DNA from: Chloroflexota bacterium
GTDB taxonomy: Bacteria > Chloroflexota > Limnocylindria > Limnocylindrales > CSP1-4
Reading direction: 5' to 3'
DNA length: 64,000 nt
Assembly (NCBI GenBank): GCA_016200665.1
Contig: JACQEG010000019.1
Span: 6,126 to 70,125, forward strand
Shown here: piece by piece, positions 55,901 through 64,000 of the stretch
Position numbering within the stretch: position 1 is the first letter of the stretch
Layout of the letters: the number at the start of each line of letters is the position of its first letter
The notes under the pieces: generated by a model
The model's database searches: none
The model's input: only the letters and a program-made list of their open reading frames with translations
What the model was told of the DNA's origin: nothing
Made by a program: the position numbers and the translations under genes

Positions 55901-58293
55901 ACGCCCAGCTGCCGTTCGACGCGACGGCGATCGCGATGGACGACGCCCAGCAGTACCCGTCCTCGGATCGCCAGCAGCTGCTTGCGTTCTCGGCCGACGG
56001 CCGAATGGCCACGGTGCCGATCGGCCGGCACGCGTTCGCGTGGCGGTTGCCCGGCGTGCTCGCCGGGATCCTCATGGCCGCGCTCATCTACCTGCTCGCG
56101 CGGCTGCTGTTCCGGCGCCGCGAGGTCGCGGTCATCCTCGCGATCCTCGTCGCCGCGGACGGCCTGCTGTTCGTCCAGAGCCGGATCGGGATGAACGACG
56201 CCTACGTCGGGCTCTTCATCATCGCCGCGTACACGCTGTTCACCTGGCTGTGGCTGCGACCCGGAGGGACGCGCCGCCACTGGATCGCCTGGGCCATCGG
56301 CATGCCGATCCTCGGCGTCATCCTTGGCCTCGCCCTCGCCTCCAAGTGGGTCGCTGCCTACGCCATTGGCGGAATGGGGATCCTGATCCTGGGACGCAGC
56401 GCTCTCGGCCGGGTGCTCGTCGGCCTGGGTCTCGTCGCGGCGAGCGCGGTGCTGGGCTACATCGCCATCTCCGTGCCGGAGGGCGCGGCCGGCGGCAACT
56501 ACATGTTCCTGGCGATCATGGTCGCGCTGACCGTCGTCGCGGTCGTCGCGGCCGTGCTCCATCCGATCGGCTGGACCTGGGAAGAGCAACGGCTCGCGAT
56601 CTTCGGGCCGATCGCGATCGGTGGTCTCGGAATCCTCGGGACGCTCGCGACCGGTCATCTCAGCCAGGCCTACACGCTCGGGCCGCTGACGACCACCCCG
56701 CTCGTGGCCGGCTTCGCGGCGATCGCGCTCGGCGTCGCGATGTACTCGGTGTTCTTCGCTGCCGGACGGTTTGGCTTCGGCCCGATGGCGGTTCCGCCGC
56801 GCCCGGACGATCCGGCTGCCGTGCTCCTCGACGCCCCGTCACCGGCCCCGACGGGCTGGCTGAACCTCGGCTCGGGCTTCGGCCTCCCGGCGTTCTTCAC
56901 GCTCGCCTGCCTCGTCGGGATCCCGATCATCGTGTACGTCATCTCGTACATCCCGTGGGCCTTCGTGGGCCAGGACCAGCTGTGGCCCGGCTGGCCGCCT
57001 GGCCACACCGGCCAGACGCTCGTCGACCTGACCCAGGCGATGTACAGCTACCACAACAACCTGACCTCGCCCCACCCCGCGACGTCGCCGTGGTGGGCCT
57101 GGCCGCTCGATCTCAAGCCGGTGTGGTTCTACCAGGACTCCTTCGCCGGCAACACGAGCGCCTCGATCTACGACGCCGGCAACCTCGTCTCGTGGTGGCT
57201 CGCGATCCCGGCGATGGCGTTCGTCGCCTACCAGTCGTTCAAGCGCCGGAGCGTCGCCCTGGCCCTCGTGACGATCGCGTTCGCGACCCAGTGGCTGGCG
57301 TGGGCTCGGATCGACAGGGCCGCGTTCCAGTACCACTACTACACCGCGCTGCCGTTCCTCCTCATCGCCAGCGCCTACCTCATCGCCGAGCTCTGGAACG
57401 GTCCGTCGTGGCGGACCTGGGTCATGGTCCGGCTGGCGGGCGCGACCGCGGTGCTCCTGCCCTTCGGGCTGTGGCTGCTGCATCGGCCGTTGTGCGGCAT
57501 CGCCGGGGTCTCGGTCATCAACCCGGGCTCGCAGGCCTGCCCCACGACCATCCCCGACGTCGCGCTGTCGCCGCGCGCGATCGGGATCGCGGTCGTCGTC
57601 GGCCTCGGGGTCCTGTTCGCGCTTCGGCTCCTGCTCTCGCATGCCGACGAGGATGCCGCCGACGCCGACGTCGACTGGCCGGACGCGGACCGGCGCACGG
57701 GGCGATTCCGGGCGAAGCTCGTCCGCGCCGGGCTCATCGTGGTCGTGGCGGCGGTCGCGTTCACGGCGATCACGCTCCTCGTCCCGCCGACCTCAGTCTT
57801 CAAGCTCCGGGCCGTCCCGGTCGAGCCGATCGCGCTGATCGTCACGATCGCGCTGCTGCCGGTCGCGGCGTTCGTGGCGACCGCCCGGGACGCCCGGCGG
57901 TTCGCCGCCGGGATGCTCCTCGCGATCGGGCTGTGGTTCGTCGTCTGGTATCCGAACATCTCCGCCCTGCCGCTGCCGAGTGGGCTGACGAACGTCTTCC
58001 AGGGCTTCCTGCCCACCTACCTCTACCCGTTCCAGTTCTGGGTGAACACGACGCCCCGGGCGTCCGGCCCGCTCGACTGGAAGTGGATCGCGATGCTCCT
58101 CGCCCTCATCGGCGGCCTCGCCGCCGCGGTCTTCTACAGCACGGCGTCATGGCGGCTCGCGCTGGCGGAGCGTCGCGCGCAGGCGTCAGGCCCACGTCCC
58201 GTGGAGACGGAGCCGTCGGACTCGCTGGAGCTGCCCGACGTGCCGAAGCCGCCGGACTCGCCGAAGCCGCCGGACGCGACCGCCGCGGACTAG
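52912..58293 (+). CDS. Giant (~1800 aa) fusion of two GT-C glycosyltransferase modules (Gpi18/DUF2029-like N-half; GT39 PMT-like C-half with an inserted soluble domain)
   Basis: TTG 52912 has GGAGG 11 nt upstream. GTG 52813 is an alternative but overlaps the divergent gene. The N-half has FKVDIDSFQFWSGNL...DYTPGYLYVLW. The C-half has MHFDEVYHPRTA, HPHLAKY and the PMT_4TMC-like C-terminus WWAWPLDLKPVWFY. Confidence 0.8.
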   Translation: MTRPARSDAGTDRSGIIALLVLGLALRFIIAYLLPGSGFKVDIDSFQFWSGNLAANGPGGFYDRPFFHDYTPGYLYVLWLMGVVTAVIGHPVTILGSTFTSIDLLKLPPVLGDLAIAYLAWSMSRELGASERNARIAALIVVVNPVTWFDSVLWGQVDSVGVVVLLLALRELWRDRPERSAVLAMLAALVKPQLGILIPIVAAVTIRRALWPDGRYGHDDPDAITSGGATSWERRVTGPIRILTTGAAGLLTAILLSLPFGLSLPGLIAQLFKTAAGYPYVSVNAYNPWALVSQNGHGIASDHAWVCDSTIAAGGPTEFRIGPFVIPDFGSPGSTFSCPDGFMVGALPAAVVGMGLFLLVGALIVWLVARRPDRRTMLVGLAVLSLAFFVLPTRVHERYLFPLVGVAAIVAGVSLRWRVAYIVASMAMLANMYAVLTTLYPGNPGISDWLKVGDVLTSWSGVAAAAIAQFVVFVWACLQLREDASEELQAEIEGDIGGGPGDRVGGGRRNWLERTWDRFGGPAGPAGLAPPLVGARDVTAPLAAGRGPSDGSSAAPTPRGPDADVALMPAWDDRDGAAAGPLGWVKARFFDRPIRADLSGALAHEAGGKLDKLDLWIVLVLVASLATVRIWRLAEPYDMHFDEVYHPRTATEFLQLWRYGMSHDIYEWTHPHLAKYAMAVGIMALGDDKTTATADLGLPGLRDAEVETRWDDAAVHARSGDRLWLAGDGQVRAYDLATRDLIATWSVPGVTAISVDGATHRLFIGTANGDILTIDTAQLDSLRATNTPAQPNAGTSGAPAPTVDALAWTTVGAAIDRLHAAGDGAALEVVTGDVAAAQLITIDAASTAETGRLDVADVTAIVDHGSGSVVVADAAGVQFVDTSTGAATATVRLDGRIGGLTGTSGLNDNPLYASYLASDGPMLAMVVAGTGTGDARVTTQFRLPGDAAGPVAFDAASKMLHAVGTSPGDIDRGSGSRATVYVVNPNGTPAANSVYADAQLPFDATAIAMDDAQQYPSSDRQQLLAFSADGRMATVPIGRHAFAWRLPGVLAGILMAALIYLLARLLFRRREVAVILAILVAADGLLFVQSRIGMNDAYVGLFIIAAYTLFTWLWLRPGGTRRHWIAWAIGMPILGVILGLALASKWVAAYAIGGMGILILGRSALGRVLVGLGLVAASAVLGYIAISVPEGAAGGNYMFLAIMVALTVVAVVAAVLHPIGWTWEEQRLAIFGPIAIGGLGILGTLATGHLSQAYTLGPLTTTPLVAGFAAIALGVAMYSVFFAAGRFGFGPMAVPPRPDDPAAVLLDAPSPAPTGWLNLGSGFGLPAFFTLACLVGIPIIVYVISYIPWAFVGQDQLWPGWPPGHTGQTLVDLTQAMYSYHNNLTSPHPATSPWWAWPLDLKPVWFYQDSFAGNTSASIYDAGNLVSWWLAIPAMAFVAYQSFKRRSVALALVTIAFATQWLAWARIDRAAFQYHYYTALPFLLIASAYLIAELWNGPSWRTWVMVRLAGATAVLLPFGLWLLHRPLCGIAGVSVINPGSQACPTTIPDVALSPRAIGIAVVVGLGVLFALRLLLSHADEDAADADVDWPDADRRTGRFRAKLVRAGLIVVVAAVAFTAITLLVPPTSVFKLRAVPVEPIALIVTIALLPVAAFVATARDARRFAAGMLLAIGLWFVVWYPNISALPLPSGLTNVFQGFLPTYLYPFQFWVNTTPRASGPLDWKWIAMLLALIGGLAAAVFYSTASWRLALAERRAQASGPRPVETEPSDSLELPDVPKPPDSPKPPDATAAD

Positions 58294-59519
58294 AGCGCTG
58301 ACGGGAGCGGCGCTGCCGATGGCTCGGCGGGTGGCGCGCCGGAGCCGGCCACGGCCCGCGTCGAAGCAGGCACCGGGGCGCTGAAATCGGGCGGCAGCTG
58401 GCCCTGGGCGGCGAGGCGCCGGATGACGAAGCCGTAGTAGTCCTCGACCTTGGCGGTCACCCGCTCCCAGCTGAAGTCCTTCGCCCGCTCCAGCCCCGAG
58501 GCACCCATCGCCGCCCGGAGCTCGTCGTCGGCGAGGACCTTGCCGAGGGCAGCGGCAAGGAGCTTCGGCTCGTGCGGCGGCACGAGCAGCGCCTCGCGGT
58601 CGCGCCGGGCGACGCCCTTGTAGCCGTGGATGTCGCTGCAGACGATCGCGGTGCCGGCGGCCATCGCCTCGAGGAGGACGATCCCGAACGATTCGCGACC
58701 GGTGGCCGGCGAGCAGTAGACATCGGCCGTCTTGAACAGCGAGTCGCGGACGTCGTCCGGGACCTGGCCGAGGAACTCCACGCCGCCCATGCCCCGAGTC
58801 ATGATGAAGCGCCGGGCCTCGCGCTCCAGGGGGCCCCGCCCGACGACGAGCAGCCGGCAGTTGGAGCCGGTCTTGCGCAGGATCCGGTAGGCCTTGAGCA
58901 GGTCGAGCAGGCCCTTGCGCGACTCGAACCGCCCGACGAAGAGGATGTTCCGGGTGCCGTCCTGCCAGCGGGCGATCGGGACGGCGCGGGCGAAGCGGCC
59001 GGTGTCGACGCCGTTCGGGATGACCTTGTAGTCGCCCGGGAAGTAGCGGTCGATGAAATGCCGCGCCGCGGCCGAGACGGCGATCCGGCCGTGGAGCCGC
59101 TGCGGGTACGAGGAGAACATCCGCGAGCCGAGCTCGTACGCGGTCGAGAACCCGCCGTAGGCATGGAACGTCGCGACGTTGACGCTCTTCGACTGGCGCA
59201 GCAGGACCAGCGACAGGAACGGCACGAACGGCTCGTGGAAGTGGAGCAGGTCGAAGCGCTCGCGGTCGAGCACGGCCTGGACCTGCGAGACGTAGCGCGG
59301 CGAGAGGGTGATCGTCCCGACGGAGCCGTTGGACGGCACCGAGAAGCCCTTGCCGATCCGGATGACGTCGCCCTCCGAGGCGCGCTGGAGGCCATGCGAG
59401 CTGGTCAGGATGCGGACGTCGTGGCCACGCAGCCGGAGGTTGTCGTAGAGGTGCCGGACGTGCTGGTTCACGCCGCCGGGGAGCGGGTAGACGTAGGGCG
59501 TGACGAGGCCGATCTTCAT
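58290..59519 (-). CDS. pimA: GT4 phosphatidylinositol alpha-mannosyltransferase
   Basis: There is block-by-block similarity to mycobacterial PimA as recalled from memory: PGGVNQHV, NGSV, HFHEP, GRIAVS, IPNGVD, GRFESRKG, FLGQV and ESFGIVLLEAMAAGTA. The PIM-operon context supports the call. Confidence 0.82.
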   Translation of the reverse strand: MKIGLVTPYVYPLPGGVNQHVRHLYDNLRLRGHDVRILTSSHGLQRASEGDVIRIGKGFSVPSNGSVGTITLSPRYVSQVQAVLDRERFDLLHFHEPFVPFLSLVLLRQSKSVNVATFHAYGGFSTAYELGSRMFSSYPQRLHGRIAVSAAARHFIDRYFPGDYKVIPNGVDTGRFARAVPIARWQDGTRNILFVGRFESRKGLLDLLKAYRILRKTGSNCRLLVVGRGPLEREARRFIMTRGMGGVEFLGQVPDDVRDSLFKTADVYCSPATGRESFGIVLLEAMAAGTAIVCSDIHGYKGVARRDREALLVPPHEPKLLAAALGKVLADDELRAAMGASGLERAKDFSWERVTAKVEDYYGFVIRRLAAQGQLPPDFSAPVPASTRAVAGSGAPPAEPSAAPLPSAL

Positions 59520-60334
59520 CGCCGCGCCTCGCGTCCGGCGAGCGCGGCCTCGCGGGCAGCCACGGCGGCCTCGTGCTCGGGCGGGTAGCCGAGGTCACGG
59601 CCGGTTCCATCGCCGCGGAGCCTGCCGCCGATGCCCGCACGGGCGTCGCGGCCGTACTTGCGGAGCTGGTCGCGGAACGTCCCGAGCTGCGCCGCGGTGG
59701 CGTGGAAGGAGCCGTGATGATGGGTGGCGCCGTCGAGGATGGCGGCGCGGAGCTCGTCGGCGCCGCGGCCGGGGAAGCTCGTCCAGCCCATCCCGATCGC
59801 GGCGAGGGCGTGGGCATCGGAGCTGCCGACCCTGGCGAGCCCGGTCTCCTCGGCGAATCGGACGACGCGATCGTGCCACGGCCGGCCGAGCGTGGTCGGG
59901 TTGAAGGCCTCGATGGCGTCCGGCCGGAAGCGCGGCTCGTCGGCGAGCAGCCGCCGCAGGACGAAGCCCTGGGCGCACAACGGGTACGGCGTCAGCGGAT
60001 GGGCGGGGATCGCGAGGCCACCCTGGTCGTGGATCTCGGCGATCGTGGCGCGGAGCGAGCGAAACGGCTTGATCGGCCGCTCCAGCCACAGCCCGAGGAG
60101 GTGGCCGCCGAGGGTCGTGATCTCCTCGCCGACGACGACCTCGAACGGCAGGCCGCGATCCCGCGCCATCGACCGGCCGACGAGCGCCGCGTCGATCCGC
60201 TCGTGGTCGGTGACGGCGATGACGTCCAGGTCGCCGGCCCGCTCGACGTGGTCGAGGATGGCGACGATCCCGGCCGTCCCGTCGGAGGCGAGGGTGTGGA
60301 GGTGGAGGTCCGCGCGGCCGAGCCGGTCGGTCAT
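59516..60334 (-). CDS. PHP-domain metal-dependent phosphoesterase
   Basis: ATGA overlaps at both ends. PHP motifs seen are DLHLHTLASDG, AVTDHE, GEEITT, PAHP and SSDAH. The 673-aa ORF-track reading is a run-on artefact. Confidence 0.8.
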   Translation of the reverse strand: MTDRLGRADLHLHTLASDGTAGIVAILDHVERAGDLDVIAVTDHERIDAALVGRSMARDRGLPFEVVVGEEITTLGGHLLGLWLERPIKPFRSLRATIAEIHDQGGLAIPAHPLTPYPLCAQGFVLRRLLADEPRFRPDAIEAFNPTTLGRPWHDRVVRFAEETGLARVGSSDAHALAAIGMGWTSFPGRGADELRAAILDGATHHHGSFHATAAQLGTFRDQLRKYGRDARAGIGGRLRGDGTGRDLGYPPEHEAAVAAREAALAGREARR

Positions 60335-61353
60335 GCCGGTGGCTCCGGCTCGAGCCGCCCGCTCCCGGCGATGGCCCGGGCATCGATGTCCGGCCAGATC
60401 GGCGAGAGGAGGCTCCACCATTGCTCGGGCGCGACCGCGATCTCCGCCTCCATCGCGTGGGCGATGGCAGCGGTCGTGGCGGCGATTCGCGCCCGCCGTT
60501 CGCCGTCGGTCGCGGTCGGGACCAGCGACAGCCGGCCGGCGTAGCGGCCGTGGCCGAGGCGGCGGACGGCGCCGAGGTAGATCGGCCGGCCGGTCTCCAC
60601 CGCGAGGAACGCGGGACCCGGCGGCAGCGGCGCCGTCGCCCCGAAGAAGGGCACCTCGACCGAGCCGCCGGCGACATGGCGATCCGCGACCAGGCCCACG
60701 GCCTTGCCGGACGCGAGGGCCTCGAACAGCGCCCGGCGCGCCTCGCGCAGTCCGACGATCTCGACGCCGACGGTCCCGCGGGTCCGGCGGACCCAGTCCT
60801 GGAGCGGCGGATCGTCGAGGGTCTCCATCGGCGTGACGATGGGGCCGCCACGGGCGACGGCGAACAGCGCCGGGTACTCCACGGCGCCGAAGTGCATCGC
60901 CACCAGGATCGGTGGCCTGTCCGGCCCGAACGCCGAGTCGACCGCCTCGGGCGTCTCGACCACGAGCCGCTCCTCGACCTCCGCGGGGTCCTGGCTCGGG
61001 AGGCGGGCCATGTCGAGGTAGTAGCGGACGGTCTGGCGGAAGGTGGCTCGGAGCATCCGCTCGAGCGCCGCGCCATCCACGGCGGCCGTCGCGACGCGCC
61101 GGCCACCCAGGCCCCGAGCCGCCAGCGCGCGGACCACCCGCTCGAGGTTCCGGCGGCCGAGCGAGGCGCGTTCGGGCGCGACGCGGTACCAGAGCTCGCC
61201 GAGTCCCTCGGCGAGGGCGTCCACGGGACGCTCCGGCAGCGCGGCGAGGAGGCCGGCCGTGGCGGCGATCAGGCGGGCGCGGACGCGCTGGCCGAGCGTG
61301 CCACGGTGGGCGCGGGCGGCGCTCCGGACGGAGGAGCCGCGCTGGCCGGTCAT
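60331..61353 (-). CDS. LpxL/HtrB-PatA family lipid acyltransferase (copy 2)
   Basis: ATGA overlaps at both ends. The protein has an N-terminal hydrophobic segment, MHFGAVEYP and VGLVADRHV. It is 340 aa. Confidence 0.78.
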   Translation of the reverse strand: MTGQRGSSVRSAARAHRGTLGQRVRARLIAATAGLLAALPERPVDALAEGLGELWYRVAPERASLGRRNLERVVRALAARGLGGRRVATAAVDGAALERMLRATFRQTVRYYLDMARLPSQDPAEVEERLVVETPEAVDSAFGPDRPPILVAMHFGAVEYPALFAVARGGPIVTPMETLDDPPLQDWVRRTRGTVGVEIVGLREARRALFEALASGKAVGLVADRHVAGGSVEVPFFGATAPLPPGPAFLAVETGRPIYLGAVRRLGHGRYAGRLSLVPTATDGERRARIAATTAAIAHAMEAEIAVAPEQWWSLLSPIWPDIDARAIAGSGRLEPEPPA

Positions 61354-62495
61354 GCCGGCTCGGTCGAGGTGTCGTCGCCCGAGCCGAGGGCAGCCTCAGC
61401 CGCCGCGGAGCCCACGGCCAGGCCGGCGGTCTCGATCTCCGCTCCGGCGAGGCCCGATTCGGTGCCCAGGAGCGCGGTCGCGGCGGCCGCGTCCGTGACT
61501 CTCGCGGGCGCCCGCGACGCGGCCATCTCGGCGGCACGTCGCTCCAGGACCGCGGCCTCCTCCACTGTGGCCGGCCACATCGGCTTGAACGTGTACCACT
61601 GGTCGGGGGCCGCGGCGATGGCGCGCTCCAGGCAGTCGGCGATCCGCTGGGTCGCGGCGAGCAGGTCGGCCGGCGAGCTCGAGGGCACCTCGAACGCCTC
61701 GAACGGCTCGACGTGGAACGTCCGGCCGTCGTCGCGTCGCCGGATGGCGACCGGCATGATCGTCGATCCGGTCTTCGCGGCCAGGCTGGCGGGCCCCGCC
61801 GGGAGCGTCGTCCACGAGCCGAACATCCGGACCGGGATGCCGTCCTCGCGGTAGCCCCAGTCGATGAGCAGGCCGAGCATCTCGCGCCGCCGCAGGACCG
61901 TGTAGATCTCGCGGAGGTTCCGCCACGGGATGACGTGGACGCCCCACCGCTCGCGGGTCGTCCGGAAGAGGTTGAACAGCTCCGGGAAGGCCGAGTCGTC
62001 GGCCAGCACGTTCGTCGGCCAGCCGCGTCCGGCGATCCCCGGGGCGATCGCCTCCGGGTTGCCGATGTGGCCGAGGGTGAAGATCAGCCCGCCCTTCGAG
62101 GCCTCCCAGATCGGCTCCACGACATCGAGGTCCACGTCCGGGATGAGCCCGGCGGCGGCCTCCGCCGGGAGGTGCGGCAGCCGCATCATCTCGACGACGT
62201 AGCGGGCGTACTCGCCGTAGGCGCTCATCGCGGCCCAGCGGACCCGCCGGTCGCCCGGCGGCAGGCCGAGGACGTGGGCGAAGTTCGCGTTCGACCAGCG
62301 CCGCTTCGTCGGCCACAGCAGGTACGAGACCTGCGCGCCGCGGGCGATGAGGAACCGCGGCAGGCGCGGGGGCACGTGGGCGACGATCCAGGCCACGAGG
62401 CGGTAGCCGAGCACGACGCCGCGCTCGAGCAGGCGCGAGCCGGGCTCGAGACGCCGATGCGGCGCCTCGAGCTTCCGGTTCGGTGACGTGGTCAT
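61350..62495 (-). CDS. LpxL/HtrB-PatA family lipid acyltransferase (copy 1)
   Basis: ATG 62495. Motifs seen are LGHIGNPEAIA and LGLLIDWGYRED, with the same family layout as the downstream paralogue. It has an Ala-rich C-tail. Confidence 0.78.
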   Translation of the reverse strand: MTTSPNRKLEAPHRRLEPGSRLLERGVVLGYRLVAWIVAHVPPRLPRFLIARGAQVSYLLWPTKRRWSNANFAHVLGLPPGDRRVRWAAMSAYGEYARYVVEMMRLPHLPAEAAAGLIPDVDLDVVEPIWEASKGGLIFTLGHIGNPEAIAPGIAGRGWPTNVLADDSAFPELFNLFRTTRERWGVHVIPWRNLREIYTVLRRREMLGLLIDWGYREDGIPVRMFGSWTTLPAGPASLAAKTGSTIMPVAIRRRDDGRTFHVEPFEAFEVPSSSPADLLAATQRIADCLERAIAAAPDQWYTFKPMWPATVEEAAVLERRAAEMAASRAPARVTDAAAATALLGTESGLAGAEIETAGLAVGSAAAEAALGSGDDTSTEPA

Positions 62496-62538
62496 GCGCT
62501 GGCCTGCCGGCCGCACGCGCAGCCCGGGAACGCGCGGA

Positions 62539-63876
62539 CTACTTGGCGACAGCCGCCGCCTTCGGCCCCTGGAGCGGCGCGGCGGTGCTCGCCGCAAGCT
62601 TGCGGAGCTTGCGAGCCTTGGGCGCCTCGGTCCCGACGAGCGTCTCGTTGTCGTCGCCCTTGATGAAGGCCTCGACCCGGTTGAACGCGATGTCGTCGTG
62701 GATCTGCTGCGGCGGGCTCTTCATGAAGTAGCTCGACGCGGCGACGAGGGTGCCCTTCAGGCCGCGATCAAGGCCCAGCTTCAGGCAGCGGATGGCGTCG
62801 GTGACCACGCCCGCGCTGTTGGGGCTGTCCCAGACCTCGAGCTTGAGCTCGGCGTTGAGCGGCACGTCGCCGTAGGTCGTGCCCTCCATCCGGATGTAGC
62901 ACCACTTCCGGTCGAGGAGCCACGGCACGTGGTCGCTCGGGCCGACGTGGATGTCGTCGGGCTCGAGCTCGTAGTCGAGCATCGAGGTGACGGCGTTCGT
63001 CTTGCTGATCTTCTTGGACTCGAGGCGCTCGCGCTCGAGCATGTTCAGGAAGTCGGTGTTGCCACCGAAGTTCAGCTGGTAGGTCCGATCGAGCCGGACG
63101 CCGCGATCCATGAACAGCCGCGTCAGGACGCGATGGCTGATCGTCGCGCCGACCTGGCTCTTGATGTCGTCGCCGATGATCGGCAGGCCTTCCTCGGCGA
63201 AGCGGCGCTGCCAGTACGGCTCACGGCCGATGAACACTGGGATGCAGTTGATGAACGCGACGCCGGCCTTGAGGGCCTGCTCGACGTACCACTTCGTGGC
63301 CTCCTCGCTCCCGACCGGGAGGTAGGACACCATGACGTCGACCTCGCGCGCCTTGAGGATGCTGACGATGTCGGCGGTCGGGCCGGGGGCCTTCTCGATG
63401 ATCTGGCTGAGGTACTTGCCCAGGCCGTCGTGGGTCATCCCGCGCTCGACCTTGACGCCGATGCTCGGGACCTGCTGGAAGACGTAGGTGTTGTTCGGCT
63501 TCGTGTAGATCGCCTCGGACAGGTCCTTGCCGACCTTGTTCTTGTCGATGTCGAAGGCCGCGACGAACTCGATGTCCCGGACGTGGTAGCCGCCGAGGTT
63601 GACGTGCATCAGCCCGGGGACGAAGTCGTCCTCCCTGGCGTTCTCGTAGTAGTAGCGGCCCTGGACGAGGCTGCTCGCGCAGTTGCCGACGCCGACGATC
63701 GCGACGCGGATCTTGCCGTCCTTGCGGCGGCTGCCGGCCCACGTACCGGTCGCGCCGGTGCCGGGCGTGCCGCTGCCATTCGCGCTGTGGCCGTTGCTGC
63801 CGTTGGTCTTGGCCATGGGGCTGCTCCCTGTCTCCGGTGGCTCTGGGTGGTCGTTGTGGGGGGTCTGGTGGGTCAT
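62539..63876 (-). CDS. ino1: myo-Inositol-1-phosphate synthase
   Basis: Motifs seen are [55 protein letters not shown] and [18 protein letters not shown] 63876 overlaps the upstream stop (ATGA); ATG 63816 is an alternative. Confidence 0.93.
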   Translation of the reverse strand: MTHQTPHNDHPEPPETGSSPMAKTNGSNGHSANGSGTPGTGATGTWAGSRRKDGKIRVAIVGVGNCASSLVQGRYYYENAREDDFVPGLMHVNLGGYHVRDIEFVAAFDIDKNKVGKDLSEAIYTKPNNTYVFQQVPSIGVKVERGMTHDGLGKYLSQIIEKAPGPTADIVSILKAREVDVMVSYLPVGSEEATKWYVEQALKAGVAFINCIPVFIGREPYWQRRFAEEGLPIIGDDIKSQVGATISHRVLTRLFMDRGVRLDRTYQLNFGGNTDFLNMLERERLESKKISKTNAVTSMLDYELEPDDIHVGPSDHVPWLLDRKWCYIRMEGTTYGDVPLNAELKLEVWDSPNSAGVVTDAIRCLKLGLDRGLKGTLVAASSYFMKSPPQQIHDDIAFNRVEAFIKGDDNETLVGTEAPKARKLRKLAASTAAPLQGPKAAAVAK

Positions 63877-64000
63877 GGCGGCTCACCCTCCTTCGCCTGC
63901 GCGCGGACGTGAAGGATGCGCTGGATGACGGTGACGGTCGCGAGGAGGGTGATGAGGCCGAGGCCGGCGGCGAGGAGCCATGCCGATGCGCTCCAGATGG
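63873..64000 (-). CDS. 3' end of a membrane protein gene (possibly the CDP-alcohol phosphatidyltransferase / PIP synthase), 5' part outside the window
   Basis: Hand translation gives ...[41 protein letters not shown]. The TGA at 63875-63873 overlaps the ino1 ATG. The function is inferred from operon context only. Confidence 0.45.
   Translation of the reverse strand, partial: IWSASAWLLAAGLGLITLLATVTVIQRILHVRAQAKEGEPP

Noticed and set aside
59516-61537. Run-on ORF-track entries that fuse or extend genes: 59516..61537 (673 aa), 29584..32025 (813 aa), 27819..29396, 32501..34600, 21271..22887, 18056..19744 and 39261..39830.
   Set aside because: The recognisable protein begins at an internal ATG or GTG that forms an ATGA/GTGA overlap with, or closely follows, the upstream gene's stop. 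The upstream extensions are low-complexity and overlap the neighbouring genes.

Overview
This window is very GC-rich: third codon positions are almost all G/C, and I estimate the overall GC content by eye only. It covers the replication-origin neighbourhood of an actinobacterium-like genome. No mobile elements, integrases, CRISPR arrays, rRNA or tRNA genes were seen.

Gene content, left to right:
- gyrB (5' truncated), two inserted genes, gyrA, prs, secA.
- A DUF218 gene and a small Cys-rich ORF coupled to prfB. prfB carries the classical programmed +1 frameshift.
- A GNAT gene, ftsE, ftsX, an S41 protease and smpB.
- A minus-strand operon: DUF1801, ornithine carbamoyltransferase, carbamate kinase, a urease gamma-beta fusion and a degenerate urease alpha.
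- tmRNA (ssrA).
- An amino-sugar/GlcNAc-type utilisation operon: ROK regulator, ABC transporter, GH3, SIS, nagA and an ROK-like kinase. Most of its junctions are ATGA/GTGA overlaps.
- An HTH(XRE)-TPR regulator.
- jag-yidC-yidD-rnpA-rpmH on the minus strand, facing dnaA-dnaN-recF-DUF721 on the plus strand.
- A degenerate PP2C-like membrane protein, a rhomboid protease and a BFN/DUF151 nuclease-like protein.
- A glycoconjugate locus: a GT2 polyprenol-phosphate glycosyltransferase, three GT-C enzymes (one about 1800 aa), then an ino1, 2x acyltransferase, PHP, pimA phosphatidylinositol-mannoside operon.

The ORF track contains many long antisense or run-on ORFs. These are artefacts of GC-rich DNA.

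Most interesting leads:
1. An unannotated 41-codon secreted pro-peptide ORF lies divergent from the HTH-TPR regulator. This is an RRNPP-like peptide-signalling architecture.
2. A urease-like gene pair lacks the carbamyl-lysine segment and has no accessory genes in the window, and is embedded in an OTC/carbamate-kinase operon.
3. A PHP phosphoesterase sits inside the PIM operon and is a candidate phosphatidylinositol-phosphate phosphatase.
4. A giant fusion of two GT-C glycosyltransferases carries a roughly 350-aa insertion in its PMT half.

All coordinates and motifs were read by hand. No database searches were run.
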